A stretch of 64,000 nucleotides of DNA. It comes from Monocercomonoides exilis PA203 (lineage: Eukaryota; Protista; Preaxostyla). Both the position numbers and the translations under genes were made by a program. This document shows positions 38,680 to 51,685 of the stretch, piece after piece; position 1 is the first letter of the stretch; each line of letters opens with the position of its first letter. The notes below the pieces were generated by a model. It worked only from the letters and a program-made list of their open reading frames with translations. It was not told where the DNA came from and made no database searches. The stretch is taken from the NCBI GenBank assembly GCA_001643675.2, contig LSRY02000034.1, forward strand, positions 620,001 through 684,000. The letters are read 5' to 3'.

Positions 38680-40448
38680 TAAAAAAGTTCCATTTTCTTC
38701 AGTCAAGCAGTGGGAATCGATAACAACGTTTGCCAACCAACACGCAATCTTTGCATCCATTGAGAGATTTTCTCTTCCTCCTGTGTATTTATCTGAAAGT
38801 CGAAGTTATAACCTTTTCATCCTTCCAAAGAACCACTCAACAGGGATTCTATTTCTGGCCAATATAGAATAAAACATTTTGATATTTTCTTCCACTTTTC
38901 CGGAAGACAATGTGGAGGAGGAAGCTTCGAAAGAAAACTGATTAACGCTAAGCAAAGAGTCATCTGTGTTTGCAGGTGACATTGCAGATAATGAGTATGT
39001 GGATGACATTGCAGAAGCAGAAGAGGAAGAATAAGATGGCAAAGAAGAAGAAGAGGAAGAAGAAAGAGAAGAAGAAGAAAATGGAGATGAAGAAGGTGAT
39101 GAAGAAGAAGAAGAGGAGGAGGAAAGAGAAGCACAAGAATTGAAATTATTGGAATAGATTTTCGGCAACTTGTTTGTTGGGTAATTCTTTCGGATTGGTG
39201 TAATTATTTTCAGCTCGGGAAAATAGCCTTGATATCCTTTGTCTGCAAGAATATCCCAGCATTCGCTTTCATTATGAATACAACTTCCACTTTTTTCCTT
39301 GTCTGTTTTCTTGAGATACCCTATGTATCTTCTCATCCCTTGTCTGAAAAGAGACACATCATGAATACCTCCTGCAACAGCGTCTGACACAAACAGTGCG
39401 TTGTGTGGAGGCCATGCTGAAACGGCCACTTCGAACTTCAAACAATAAGCATTATGATGACCATCAAAAAGTTGCTTTGATTCATCATATGCTATTGGCG
39501 GGCAAGGAACTTTCACTGTCGTAGTATCTACCAACAAAGCAACAGATGGGAAATCTCTGCATGGGCAAAAGGGAGGCCTTGGAGGCTCTGAAAAGAGCCT
39601 CTCAAAAAAACGTGTAATACATGTCGTCTTATTTCCTCAACGCTGTTCGAAGCCATTGTGCTCGATATTTTTAAAACATCAGCTATCTTTTTCATGGTGG
39701 CTCTGCTTGAATGCCATTCAAGATAGATAATTATCTGATCGTGGACCGTTAATGTCTTTCAAGGTCCCCTCTTTGGAACAGAACTCTTATCCGATTTGAC
39801 AAGATTGCCAAGTTCTATCAAAAACATTATTGGCAAACTGAATTGTTCATCAGTATTGTCATCGATTAATGATGAAAACAATTCACCAAACGATTCTTCT
39901 TCTTCCTCTTCTTCTTCAAGTGATTGGACTTCACTTTTTTCAATACGAGAAATCTGCATTTCCCTTCTTATTTGGAGCGTTTTGAAATCAGGATGCTTTT
40001 TATCTTTCTTGGTTCTTTTTTCATTTAACATTTTCATTAGCAATGGAGAAGAAGAGTTTGACGAATTTTTTGTTTGGGACGTAGATGATTGAAATGTTTT
40101 TGGTATTCGATGTGAAGAATCGATGCAATCAGTTTCATCATCGCTGTGCGGACTATCTCTCAGCGAATTGTGCGAAAATTGATCGCAACTCCTTTTTTCT
40201 TTACGAAGAACCACTTCAGTGTGATCAGACGAAGATATTGAATTTTCATCACTCAAAATGAAACATGTCTGATTTCCTTCCAGTCCTGCTGTTTCAAAAT
40301 GAGAATTTGATGAAGAAGTTTCTTTTTGTTTGCTTTGGCTGAAAACATTCACAAAGAAAGTATAAAAAGTTTTGAAGAATTGATAATGCAAACCTTTCAT
40401 TTCTGTGATCATTGCTAGCACATCCTGATCCAAAGAATGCTGTTCCAT
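38680..40448 (-). mobile_element. Disrupted PIF/Harbinger/ISL2EU-type transposase (HTH + DDE_Tnp_4-like nuclease)
   Basis: Catalytic motifs LVDTT, GGIHD, ILADKGYQG and RIPVEWFFGRMK. Upstream HTH-like RGP*KTLTVHDQIIIYLEW...KKIADVLKIS. Lesions: TGA at 39759-39761, a frameshift in the A7 run at ~39604-39610, and TAA at 38806-38808. Confidence 0.85.
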
Positions 40449-41949
40449 TAAGACAAGCTTGGATATGTTTCCATGATAAGTTTTTCGTCAATTGAAATAA
40501 AGGGAGTTTTTTCCTGGAATATTGATAATAAAGAAACAGAAATGAAAGTGTTTTATGATATTGTTTAATAAGTTGGAAACAAGAAAAAAGAATTCATAAA
40601 AAGAATTTTGAATTTTTAATTTTATTGAATATCAATAGATATTTCAAAGCAATAAAAATCTTTGTTTCAATAACGAATAATGATTAACAAGATATACAGA
40701 ATTCATCCTTGGAAATGAATTATTTGAATTTCAAACAGATTCTTATTATTCAACATAAACAAGGGTTTATGTTGTATGTTACTCAATTCCACAGTGAGTT
40801 GTTGTTCACAATGTGACGTTCATGAATCTCTGAACTTCCATAATAAATGTTAAAAAATCCCATCAATTTCAAGCGCTTTCAAAGGGTGTATTAGTGATTC
40901 GCATTTTGGAAACATGATTACTACGGATGAGTTTCAGAACAAGAAATGAACATGAAGATAAGAAACACATGATATTCACTGTTTTGAATTCATAATTTTC
41001 AAAAAAACACTTTTGATTTTTTCTCTGCAAGCTTTGAGATGAAATACGCTCTTTATCTACAGTTCAAAAAATGAGCAAGTTAAATAACATAAAAAAAACA
41101 GCACTGACAACACAAATAACATAAATACAACCTTGTATTGATTGTTCCAACATGATTGAAATTTTAATTATCCATGAAGAAAGTCTATGAATAAATATAT
41201 TTCAGTTGTTCTTGTGAGAATTGCATTGTGCTTGTTTTTGAACATTCATGTGTTCCTAAAGTTATTTCTGTCAATCATAACTCGCGCAATTCAATCATTA
41301 AAGAACGATTGTTCAAAAACGAATAGAATAAACAGAAAACGATTTCCCATAATTGAAGCAATTCTGATCCATCATATAACAAATGTATTTTTTAAAATAT
41401 TTTTTTCTGATTCATTAGATTGAAATGGAATCATCTTTGAAGATTAACGATTTTGTTTTCACACAATGTGATGCATTTTTTATTTCACAACAAACATTTA
41501 TCGTTTGACATTCTTCTTTTTATTGTGATTTTGTTTTTAAATGAATAAAAAACACATTATTTCATTTCCAAAAGTTATAATTCTTAGGAATGTTTCAAAA
41601 AAGAAAGAAAACACTTTTTGCAAGAGTTTATTTTGTCGAAAAAACATGATTGATTTTTATTTTCTTGTGAAAGTTCAAAATGAAAAGTTTCACATCTCAT
41701 TTTTGAAACACGTTGTTTTTATGAATTTTTGAAGATGTCCAATTCTTTAATGAACTGGTATTTTTTTTTATTTCAGTTTTTGAACTTACGATTATTAATA
41801 AAAAATATCACTTCAAAATTCATTCAATCGAAAGTTCTTCTAAAATCAAATGAAAAGAAAATTTAAAAAAATTTTCTCAATGATAAACAAATTAGTATTT
41901 TGTAACTTGTATAAAAAACAAAGAAAAAACAATCAATTTGCCAACAAAC

Positions 41950-42800
41950 CTCCATCCACATATATGCAGTCTTCACACATATCTTCTTTCATCTTTTTCA
42001 ATAACCATCTGTTCGGAACTTTTTGTTTTGCGTTGAGGCTTTCATTCTCCGTCTTTTCTATCAGCATTTCACAAAGATTTCTCATAAGCTTCAATTCGTC
42101 TGCAAGTCACGCTTTTGCTCCATCTGTTCAAATCATTTCCTCCAAAACTGCATCAACGACTTCACAGATTTCTGACATGACTTCAGCTTCAGATCTTGAT
42201 TATCCGCTGCGCCTTGGAGAATATTCATCCATTGCTTGCTAATTTCTCCATCATCACCCTTCGCTTCCCTCAACTCTCTCGCAATAATGCCCATAACCAC
42301 TCCAAATTCTTCATTCTTCTCACAATATAATTTGACATTAGGATTCAATGGAACGATCCATCTCTATGATAATCTTGTCTTCTTTTTCCCCCTTTCGCTT
42401 TTCCCTTCCTCTTCCAATCCACTCGTTTCATCAGCTCTTCCAGCTCTCTTGTTGCTTCTCCTGCAAAATGCAATTCGTTCACAATGACGCTCTTTGGGCG
42501 TGTGTCATTAATTCATCTGCACATCAAAAGCATCCAAGCTGATTGACAGGCGAGTTAGGTTAGGTTGAGATTTTCCTCACGAAATTGAATGATTTCTGTC
42601 ATCTCCTTCAAATGCAATTCTTGTTCAACATGCTTTCTAATAACTTGAAAGAAATCAATAAATGAACAAAAATAATTCAATTTCAAACTTTCCACATATA
42701 AAAATTGCTCAATTTCAGCTTTGATAATTCCATCTCTTTTTGAGTTTAATTATTTTCTTCTTTCTTTAAAGGCAACAATCAAAAAACGAACCTCGCAAAT
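41950..42800 (-). pseudogene. Pseudogene of the 'EEEGYED' helical-repeat family
   Basis: Minus-strand translation gives KHVEQELHLKEMTEIIQF..., ACQSAWMLLMCR*, VIVNELHFAGEATRELEELMKRVDWKRK, matching exon 2 of 55479-56826 and 58910-60404, with stops and frameshifts. Confidence 0.75.
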
Positions 42801-44604
42801 AAAAAAATATATGTATATATTAATTTGAATATGCAGCTCAGATATATGAAATATACACAAAAATCAATCAGTCCTTTCATTCTGAAAACTTTCTGTCTCT
42901 GCTGTTCCTTATTTCAAAGTTCAAACTCAAAAAGCTATTGTCTTCGAAAAAAAGAAAGAATGATTTTATTGGATTCAATATTTCATTTAACAACTGTTTC
43001 ACACCAGCTGAATTTTTTGTATTTTGAATATCTTTCATTTTGGCAAAAGCATGGCATTCAGAAAGATTCAAAATCTATTTTCAAAATCAAAATGAGAGAA
43101 ATTTTGAAAGAAAGAAAACGATATTTATAGAAAATATTTATCAACAGACATAAGTAGTTGTTGTCACTCAGTTTCTGAATGTATTTGTGTTTTCATTTTA
43201 TATATTCTGAAAAATATTGAAAATAATTTAATCATTTACATAAATAAATATCAATCAATGAGAATTTTGCAAAATAAGTTTTATATGTTTCTGATGAAGT
43301 TGAATGTTGTTGAAAAATAAAAATTAACCCATCGTGAATGATTGAATTATCGTTTTAAGAAAAAACTTAAATTTTTGAATTCCAAAATTGTGTATTTCAA
43401 CAGAAATAAGATAAAACTGAAAACAAATGGGAACAATTGTTTGTTGAACTTTTGTCTTTATGTTTGGATTCATTATTTTTGGAAAACGAATCGTTTTCCA
43501 ATTCCAATAAAAATGATCATTATTTTTAGAAACACTTCCAAAAAATGCTATTAAAGCATAATACACAACATAATATTTAATGTTGATGCGTTTTTGGCTT
43601 CAACATGTAAAAAATGTTTTTTTGATAAATGCAAGACTTTCAGGCCACAATTTAAAATCATTGGTTTTTCTTAAAAACACTGCCTTTAATTTAAATTGCT
43701 GGGGAATCTTGAAATAAACAGTTTTCTTTGAAATATTTTTTTATTTCACAATTTATCTATTGAATTTTTTGATCAACGCACCATCAGTGAAGTCAGTGAC
43801 TGACAACAGTGTCAGTATCTGGCAGGGAAATTTTTAATTTTTTTGTGAAACAAAGTTCAGTTTGAAGAATAAAATAACTGGATAAATTAATAAAAATTGA
43901 TTTATATGAAGAAAATTCCAAAAATCAGAGGAAATTATTATTTTTTCAAATACCAATACTGACGTGGATTTTTTTTTAATGACGGACGTGGCAAAATTTT
44001 ATCAATCTGTTACACATGTCAACAATAATATTTTCACAACTGAAGGATGTGTCTTGTAATTTCAAACAAGAAGAAAATTCTCTTAAAAATATCAACATGT
44101 GCAACAGGTTAAAATTTATCCAAACATCTGCGTCACCTTTAAAAAGTCGGGCTCGCATCAGTCAGTGCCCGGCACTTTTTTTTTTTTTTTTTTTTTTTTT
44201 GATAAAAACGAACTTATTGATATTAATTTTCAATTGATAACTAAAAACTACCAAATATTAGAAACATATCTGGTTGTTCAGAAAAAATTGATATTTCATC
44301 TATCGATTTTTTTTAAATCTTATTTTATTTCAATACTGTTTTACGCTTTGACAGAAGTCTTATCATTCGATGCAAATTAATGTCAATATTTTTCATTTCG
44401 CTTGTTAATGCTTTTGAAGTTTTGTTTTTATTTTCACATTATTATGATTTTTCATTTTAATAAAGATTATAACTTTATATATTTTACATGTTGAGTATGT
44501 TTTAACAAAAATTGACAAAATTATCATAATTATTATGTTGTTTTTTTTGCAATCCTCATTAGACGATTTAATCCTTTTCATTTAACAATTGTTTTTAAAA
44601 GCTA

Positions 44605-44652
44605 AAAATAAAATAAAATAAAATAAATAAATAAATAAATAAATAAATAAAT
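44605..44652. repeat. (AAAAT/AAAT)n microsatellite
   Basis: Direct tandem repeat. Confidence 0.85.
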
Positions 44653-45429
44653 ATAATGTTGTTTTGTATATTATTGAAATGAGAGAATTATTATCAATGA
44701 ATATAAATAAAAAACACTTTATTATGGGCGAAATATTATCTAGATGACAGTCGAATTAGGTGAAATGCATAACATTAAATTTTATATTTGTTGCTTCTTA
44801 TGTTTATAAAATTACGATTATTGAACGACTCTCACTCCTTATCGATCAAGTTTATTTAATTGCAAATAAATTTTTATAATGGGTTGGATCAACATGATGA
44901 ATTGGTTGTTTCCATATCTTTGAATGGAAAACGAAAAACACTTTGCAAGCTCGTATGCGCATATTAATTTTAGATTGTAATTCGTATTCTGTTTGATATT
45001 TTTGGAAAAACATTTTGAACAAAGGAAACAGAAGAAAGGATCATTGTTTTTCTGATTTTGTTGGAGATCTGCATAAATAAAAATCAACAACAAACAAATC
45101 GTTTGTCCATTTTACAAATATTTAAATATACTCCTTTTTAAAATAAATTTATTTGTTATAAACAATTTTGTGCAAAAATAACATTTTCAATCAGAATAGC
45201 TGTAGCAATACTAAAAGAAAATAGAAAGTCGAATAAATGAATGCATTGATAGATAAAATAATGAAAGAAGTATTTGGTAAGATTCTTTCAAGAGAATTAT
45301 CAATATTATCTAATAAAATGATTTTGGAAGTTAAAGTGGAAAAGGATAGTATATTGCAATTTATGATAATGATTTTATAACATATATCGCTTATAAGCTT
45401 TTTGTTTATTGATTTGAAGGCTCTCAGTT

Positions 45430-45600
45430 GTTTTTGAGCACTATTTTGCGAGAGAAGCAACAGCAGAACAGGAAGAGTTCACAAGATGGATAGATTGGAA
45501 GAAGAAAGAAGGGGAAATAAGCAAAGAAGAAAAGAAGGAGATGATAAGGAAGAAAAGGAGAGAGTGAACGAGAAGGAGGAAAAGATAAAGAAATGTCAAA
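45430..45600 (+). pseudogene. Fragment of 'EEEGYED' family gene inside the inverted-repeat spacer
   Basis: EHYFAREATAEQEEFTRWIDWKKKEGE resembles EYHYVREATRELEEMKRCVDWKR of 59775-60404. Confidence 0.6.
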
Positions 45601-46299
45601 TGAAGCAGTGATTGACAAGTCAATATGGAAGGCAGGAGGTGCGGGAACAGACAGCTCAGCCAAACGAAACAGAAACAGAGGAAAAGTCGAAGGCGACCGA
45701 AGAATAGCAGAAAAGGCGCTGATGTTGTGTTGCACCAGCTGCTGAAAGGAAAGCTTCATTGCTTTGCATTTTTCCATCTTCCAGCGGAACCACAGGTTTT
45801 CTTTTTCGCAGGGAAAGCTTTCAAGAAGAAGATGAGGAGGAGGATCGGAAGAGGAGGATTGAAAGAGAAGGAGAAAGGAATTGGAGATTGACAAATTTTG
45901 CTCCTACTATTCTGCTAATTTTATTTGCAATAATAAATATTCTTTTTTGGATTTTTGTGAATATACATATATTTTTCCTCGATGTTTTTGTTTTCATTTA
46001 ACAAAAATAAAGCGAAGGTTATAAAGTATTTGGTTTCCAAAATGTTTGAAGCCTTATAGAAAAAATGGAAATGTTGTTTAAGCAATTATCAAATGTTGGT
46101 GATGTATTTATGATTTGTTTCAAACAAAAAAGAATTGGATGCTTGTTTATTTTATTCTCAACAAAAAACAGTTAATTTTGTTTTTACTGAATTTATAATT
46201 CAAAACAAAAATCATTGATTGTTTGATCTTGTTCATTTCTTGAAATAAATCAAAAGTTAATTAACAATAAAAAAACTACTCATAATGACAAACATGAAG

Positions 46300-46420
46300 C
46301 TATTGTGTCAATAATTTTTCGTCTCCTTCCTTTGTTTCATCGTTTATCTTCTTTTCCTCTTTCTTCAACACAACTTTCAGAAAGAAGAGCACACGAATTG
46401 ATAGTCAGCTCAAAGTGTAA
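46300..46420 (-). pseudogene. Second family fragment, opposite orientation, inside the spacer
   Basis: SIRVLFFLKVVLKKEEKKINDETKEG resembles ICVPCLLKVVLKKEENEETQ of 58910-59587. Confidence 0.55.
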
Positions 46421-47329
46421 TTATTACCAAGCATTGGATAGAATTCGCAAAAATCAGTTGAAGCTTTTTGCTCTTTTCTTTTTATTTTCTTCCAATCATT
46501 GAAAAAAAAATGATCTCCAAAATTTTCTTTCATTAAGAATCGTTATTAAATAAAAAATATTCTATTTTCATCATAAAGCAATATCCTTTTCACTTATAGA
46601 ACTCATTTGTACTTCTCAAAAATCGTATTTTTATTTTTTAATTCAAAAAGCTTCTACAAACAGATAATACTCTTGAAAGAATCTAACCAAATACTTCTTT
46701 CATTATTTTATCTATCAATGCATTCATTTATTCGACTTTCTATTTTCTTTTAGTATTGCTACAGCTATTCTGATTGAAAATGTTATTTTTGCACAAAATT
46801 GTTTATAACAAATAAATTTATTTTAAAAAGGAGTATATTTAAATATTTGTAAAATGGACAAACGATTTGTTTGTTGTTGATTTTTATTTATGCAGATCTC
46901 CAACAAAATCAGAAAAACAATGATCCTTTCTTCTGTTTCCTTTGTTCAAAATGTTTTTCCAAAAATATCAAACAGAATACGAATTACAATCTAAAATTAA
47001 TATGCGCATACGAGCTTGCAAAGTGTTTTTCGTTTTCCATTCAAAGATATGGAAACAACCAATTCATCATGTTGATCCAACCCATTATAAAAATTTATTT
47101 GCAATTAAATAAACTTGATCGATAAGGAGTGAGAGTCGTTCAATAATCGTAATTTTATAAACATAAGAAGCAACAAATATAAAATTTAATGTTATGCATT
47201 TCACCTAATTCGACTGTCATCTAGATAGTATTTCGCCTAATTATGAATATGTTTGAAAAAAAATCACTGCCGAAGCAGATTTCTCCGCAGCACTCACTAT
47301 GCTTTTTTTTCTTTATCTTCCACTTCCAT

Positions 47330-48420
47330 TTCCACTTCTTCCGCTTTGATCTTCCGCTTTGTCTCTACAGCCTCCTTTTCATGTGCTAGCTCACTCAGCT
47401 ACTCCACAACCTCCACGTCCACTTCCCCACCCTCTGCCCCATCTGTTCCGAACCGCCTCACCACTCAAACTCCGCTTCCTGCATCTCTAGGTTATGCCTT
47501 CGTGCGTTTTCTCCAGACTCCACAAGCCTCCGCTGCCATCCACAGTACCGCACAATCACCACCATCACCATCACCGCCTCGCTCATCCCAAAAAACAGGA
47601 TGATCGCCCACCTTAACAGCACAAACAGGCTCAGCCTCCTTCCAGCCCTTTCCTCTTTCCGTTTCTGCACAGTCGCTGATGTCACATTGAACTTTCTTCC
47701 TTCCTCTGATTCCTCTCCTGCCCTCCCCTCTGCTCCTTTCACGCCTACCCGCTCCTCCACAGCCAGCTTCTCTATCAAATACACTCCCCACTCCACCACC
47801 TCCTCTTCTGCTCCGATCTTCTCAATCACATTCTACCAGATCCTCCTGTTTCCTCTCCGATCAGTGATCTACCCTGTATTTTTAAAACAGTGTGTCATCA
47901 TCCGTTCTTTTCTATTGGCCACATACACAAGTATTAGGAAGTGCAGGCAGCACTGCTCAGTTTCCTCTACACGAACAACAACTGCACATCCACTCCACCC
48001 CCCCCCCCCCCCCACACACACACACACACATACACACACACACACACTCATCTATCAAACAGCTCTGAACTGGCAGAAAGGACTCGCCGATTGCCACCTC
48101 CACTCTTCTCCTCCAGACGCCCTCTTAGCTCAGGATCGTATTCGGCTCGCATTTGCTCTGTTTTGGCCCCCTCACCACACACTCCTCAACAACCAGCACG
48201 CATTCCTCTTTCCTCCTCAATATCCCGTTCCCATTTTCGAATGTTATTGGGATGCAAATAACTGTGACTCTCTCAACGACAACCCTGCTGCTGTGCTGTG
48301 CTTTTCGAAAACCCCTGCCTGCTGACAAATTCCCACAGCACAGTGTTCTCCACAGCACCCATCCAACAGCGCGCACAATCTTCTCCGAACAGCCAATCGC
48401 TTCTAATCCTCAGCCTTAAA
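47330..48420 (+). pseudogene. Degenerate gene containing an RRM RNP1-like fragment
   Basis: SLGYAFVRFLQTPQASAAIH (~47483-47545) resembles the RRM RNP1 plus helix 2. The surrounding sequence is C-rich and coding-like but fragmented, with a poly-C/(CA)n tract at ~47998-48046. Confidence 0.45.
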
Positions 48421-48983
48421 ACTCCTGCCATTGTTTTTGTTTTTATAAGCACATCTTTATTCCTCCATTTCTTTACGAAGAACATGCTAAAATAATACAA
48501 ATGAGAAAGAAAAAATATTTGAATAAACGAAAAAATAAGAATTATTCACAAACAATAAATACAAGAATTCTAACAAGTTGAAAACATTATAAAAGATATT
48601 TCAACAAGAAAAAAAACGCAAACATTTGTTATATGGACTATTGACTTAAATCACGTCAGTGACAGACAGTGACGTAAGTGCCGTGGTATTTATACTGAAA
48701 AAAATTAATCACGACACAACCTATAGTTTTTTAATTAATTAAAAATTATCGATTGAAAAATTTTCAATAATAATTATTATAAATTCCAGTGAAGCAAAAA
48801 ATCAATTGTTAAAAAAATTCAACTTTTGTATGCATTTTCTTATTTGATGAAAAAAATATTTTTAAAAAATTATTGAATTAAATTTTTTTCGGTCACGTCA
48901 TGTCACTCGAAAAATGTTCACGTCAGAAGGCATGCGACGCAGATGTTTAAATTTATCAATAAAAATTTTTGTTACAGTTTGTG

Positions 48984-49359
48984 CAAAAAATACAGGACAT
49001 CGCAAAAAATACCGGACAAGATCGATATCTCAATGACCGCAAGAAGAAAAATTCTGTTAAATTTCCTCAAAATATATCTCATCAATACAAACTCACGTGA
49101 TACACAAGACTTTCATCACTTCCTCGTTTATGCTCAGAAAAAAAAATATCGAAATATCGGAGAAATAGGATTTTGAGTTTCTCAGAGATTTCGATATTTT
49201 TTTTTCTGAGCATAAACGAGGAAGTGATGAAAGTCTTGTGTATCACGTGAGTTTGTATTGATGAGATATATTTTGAGGAAATTTAACAGAATTTTTCTTC
49301 TTGCGGTCATTGAGATATCGATCTTGTCCGGTATTTTTTGCGATGTCCTGTATTTTTTG
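48984..49359. repeat. Near-perfect palindrome/hairpin: arms 48984-49155 and 49188-49359 (172 bp), 32-nt spacer
   Basis: The same peptide KKYRTSQKIPDK...AQKKKYRN is encoded on both strands. The spacer is itself partly self-complementary (atcggagaaa / tttctcagag). Confidence 0.95.
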
Positions 49360-51685
49360 TTCAAACAATATTATAAAATTTGTATCGTTCTTTTTGAAAA
49401 GTCTCAAATGTTTAATATTCTTGTGTCATAAAATTTTCATATTTTGAGGAAATTTCTATGCCCACTTTCAAAACAAGACTTTCAAAGAAGCTAAAACTTG
49501 CTAATACTGTAATGCACATTCTGGTGAAGTTTCATGAGCGGGAATTGAAATTGTCTCGAAATACGAAATTTCTGTTTAATTTGAATATTTAACAAAAAGA
49601 TTTTTTCAAAAAAAATTTTTTTTCGAAAAATTCGTTTGATTGGATTAATTACCAATCTGTCGAAAATGAGGAAACCTGTGGAAAATCCGGTTGTCCAAGT
49701 TATCTGAAAACCAAAAAGAATAAAAAAAAAGATGTCAAAATTAAAGATAATGAACGAAACGTCTATCAAAAGCTCAACCCCTGCGCAGCTTGAAAGAAAA
49801 TTATTGCAATCATCGAAAAAACTACCAAGTTCCAAAGAAATAACAACAGACTTTTGTTGATTAAATAAAAGTTAAGAATATTCATCTTATGAATAAATAA
49901 AACCAAATGACTATTACTTCACATTTATTAATTCTTGATTGTTAATAATTGGCTTTCTTTCATCGAAATTCTTTTTTATATGATTAATTCTATTTTTGAT
50001 CAAATGAATAATAATGGAAATGACAAAAAAATATCTTCCAAAGAACTTAATAGGCTCATGCCAGTATCAGATTACCAAAATCTTTCATCTCCTTCCCAGA
50101 AAGTCTTTGAAAAAAAAAGAAGTATGCTGTTACGTGGAAAACTGCTGTGAGATCCCTTGCTATTTCAAATGGAACATGGGAAAGAGGAATGGCTGCTTTG
50201 AAAGCAAAACGACAAGTTGGCGAAATCGACAGACTTGCAATTATCACAAAAAAACAATTGGAAACGGTTGAAAATCACGTTATTGCACTTCTATCTGAGA
50301 AAAGAATAGTCTGACTGAAGGATATTCAATCAATATTCTAAAAAATTAGATTATTTTGTTCTTCAATTTTTGTATATTGTAGATACAATACATTTTGAAT
50401 ACAGATTGCGAAAGCAAAGCAAAAAGAAATAAAGTCAACTCCAAATTTTCGAATGATTTGAGAAAAAGAAGTCCAACTTTTAGGATATCAATTTCCAAGC
50501 CTATGGAAATTGCAAAAATTAACGCACAATCTCCAGAAGCAATTCATTCGTGGATCGAAAAGTTATCCTCCATCATCACAGTCAATGGTATTTATGAGGC
50601 TAATCTTGACAATTTTGACGAATCTTCAGTTCGTGTTGGTGATGGAACAGATAAACTCGTTATCTGCTTGAAAAACCAATCCCCTCCTTCCCCATCTTCA
50701 TTGCCAAATATGGAAAATGCAACTGTTTGTGTGTGCATTTGCGCGGACGGGTCACATCTTCCTCATATACTAATATACCCTCGAAAAAAGATTCCGCAGA
50801 AATTCTCCAATTTTTCTTCATTCAATGTATCCAATGAGGGATCTTCATCTGGATGGATATCTGCTGAATTGTTTCGAAGGATAATGACAAAGAAATGGCT
50901 TCCGTTTAATGCAAACAAGCTTTAACTCTCATCTTCGAAAAAAGCGTGACTTTTATGGGATAATCACCGAACTCACTTCGATTCAGAAGTGATTGCATTC
51001 TCGGAACAAAGAAATATCATCATTGAATATTTCCCTTCAAACATTTCTCACCTTTTGCAACCTTGCGATAACAGTGTGTATGCAAGGTTAAAGCAAGTTA
51101 TACAAAACTCATTCGTAAGGCCAACTCTATTTTCAACCTCTTCATGCAGAAAAGCTTTGGCAGATGCTTTGCCAGAAGCTTTAACAGCAGTAACAACTCC
51201 ATCAGTCATCAAAAAAGCCTTCATTAACAGCGGTGTCCTCAGCAATGGATCTGGATCTGTGTTGATGAAGCTTCCTCAGTCTTCTCAATACTTCATTCCT
51301 TCTCATTTGCATTGTTTCGACTTTTTCGGAAAAGAAATAACAAAAGAAAAGTTTCTTGATGAATGGGATAAAGAAAATGAAAAAAATAAGATGAAGATTG
51401 AAGAAATTGCAGAAAATGAAAAGGAAATTGAAGAAGAAGAATTGCCTTTGGAGAAAAAAGTGAAAAGGTCATTCAGAAAAATTAAGAATGATAACGATGA
51501 AACAAGTGATGAATTTGACCCCTTTGAACGTGAAAATCGAAAAAGAAAAGTGAGAAGAGTAAATGATTCGAGTTTTGTATTTTTTTTGATGTGTTTTTTT
51601 CTTTTTTCATTTCAAAAAATATTGGTGCCAATAAAGAAAAAAGTGCCAATAAAAAGATGACCCCATGTCCTTTTTGTTCTGAGCG
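49131..51685 (+). mobile_element. Disrupted pogo/Fot1-like (DDE_1, DD35D) DNA transposon; transposase core 50383-51660
   Basis: NFDESS...TVCVCICADG..LP...SSGWI and, after a frameshift at ~50900-50950, LWDNHRTH-...-HLLQPCD (35 residues between the 2nd and 3rd Asp). Element boundaries are tentative, based on a 15/17 inverted match TA-TGCTCAGAAAAAAAA / TTTTTGTTCTGAGCG-TA. Confidence 0.8.

Larger units (their letters stand above)
44727..47237. repeat. Long inverted repeat: arms 44727-45301 and 46663-47237 (~575 bp, near identical), spacer ~1.36 kb
   Basis: Identical 84-aa ORFs on opposite strands (44839-45093 minus, 46871-47125 plus). Arm ends read directly; the few mismatches I saw were near the ends. 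Confidence 0.95.

Noticed and set aside
44839-47125. Two identical 84-aa ORFs as a duplicated gene
   Set aside because: TTG start, AT-rich composition and no motif; identity simply reflects the inverted repeat.
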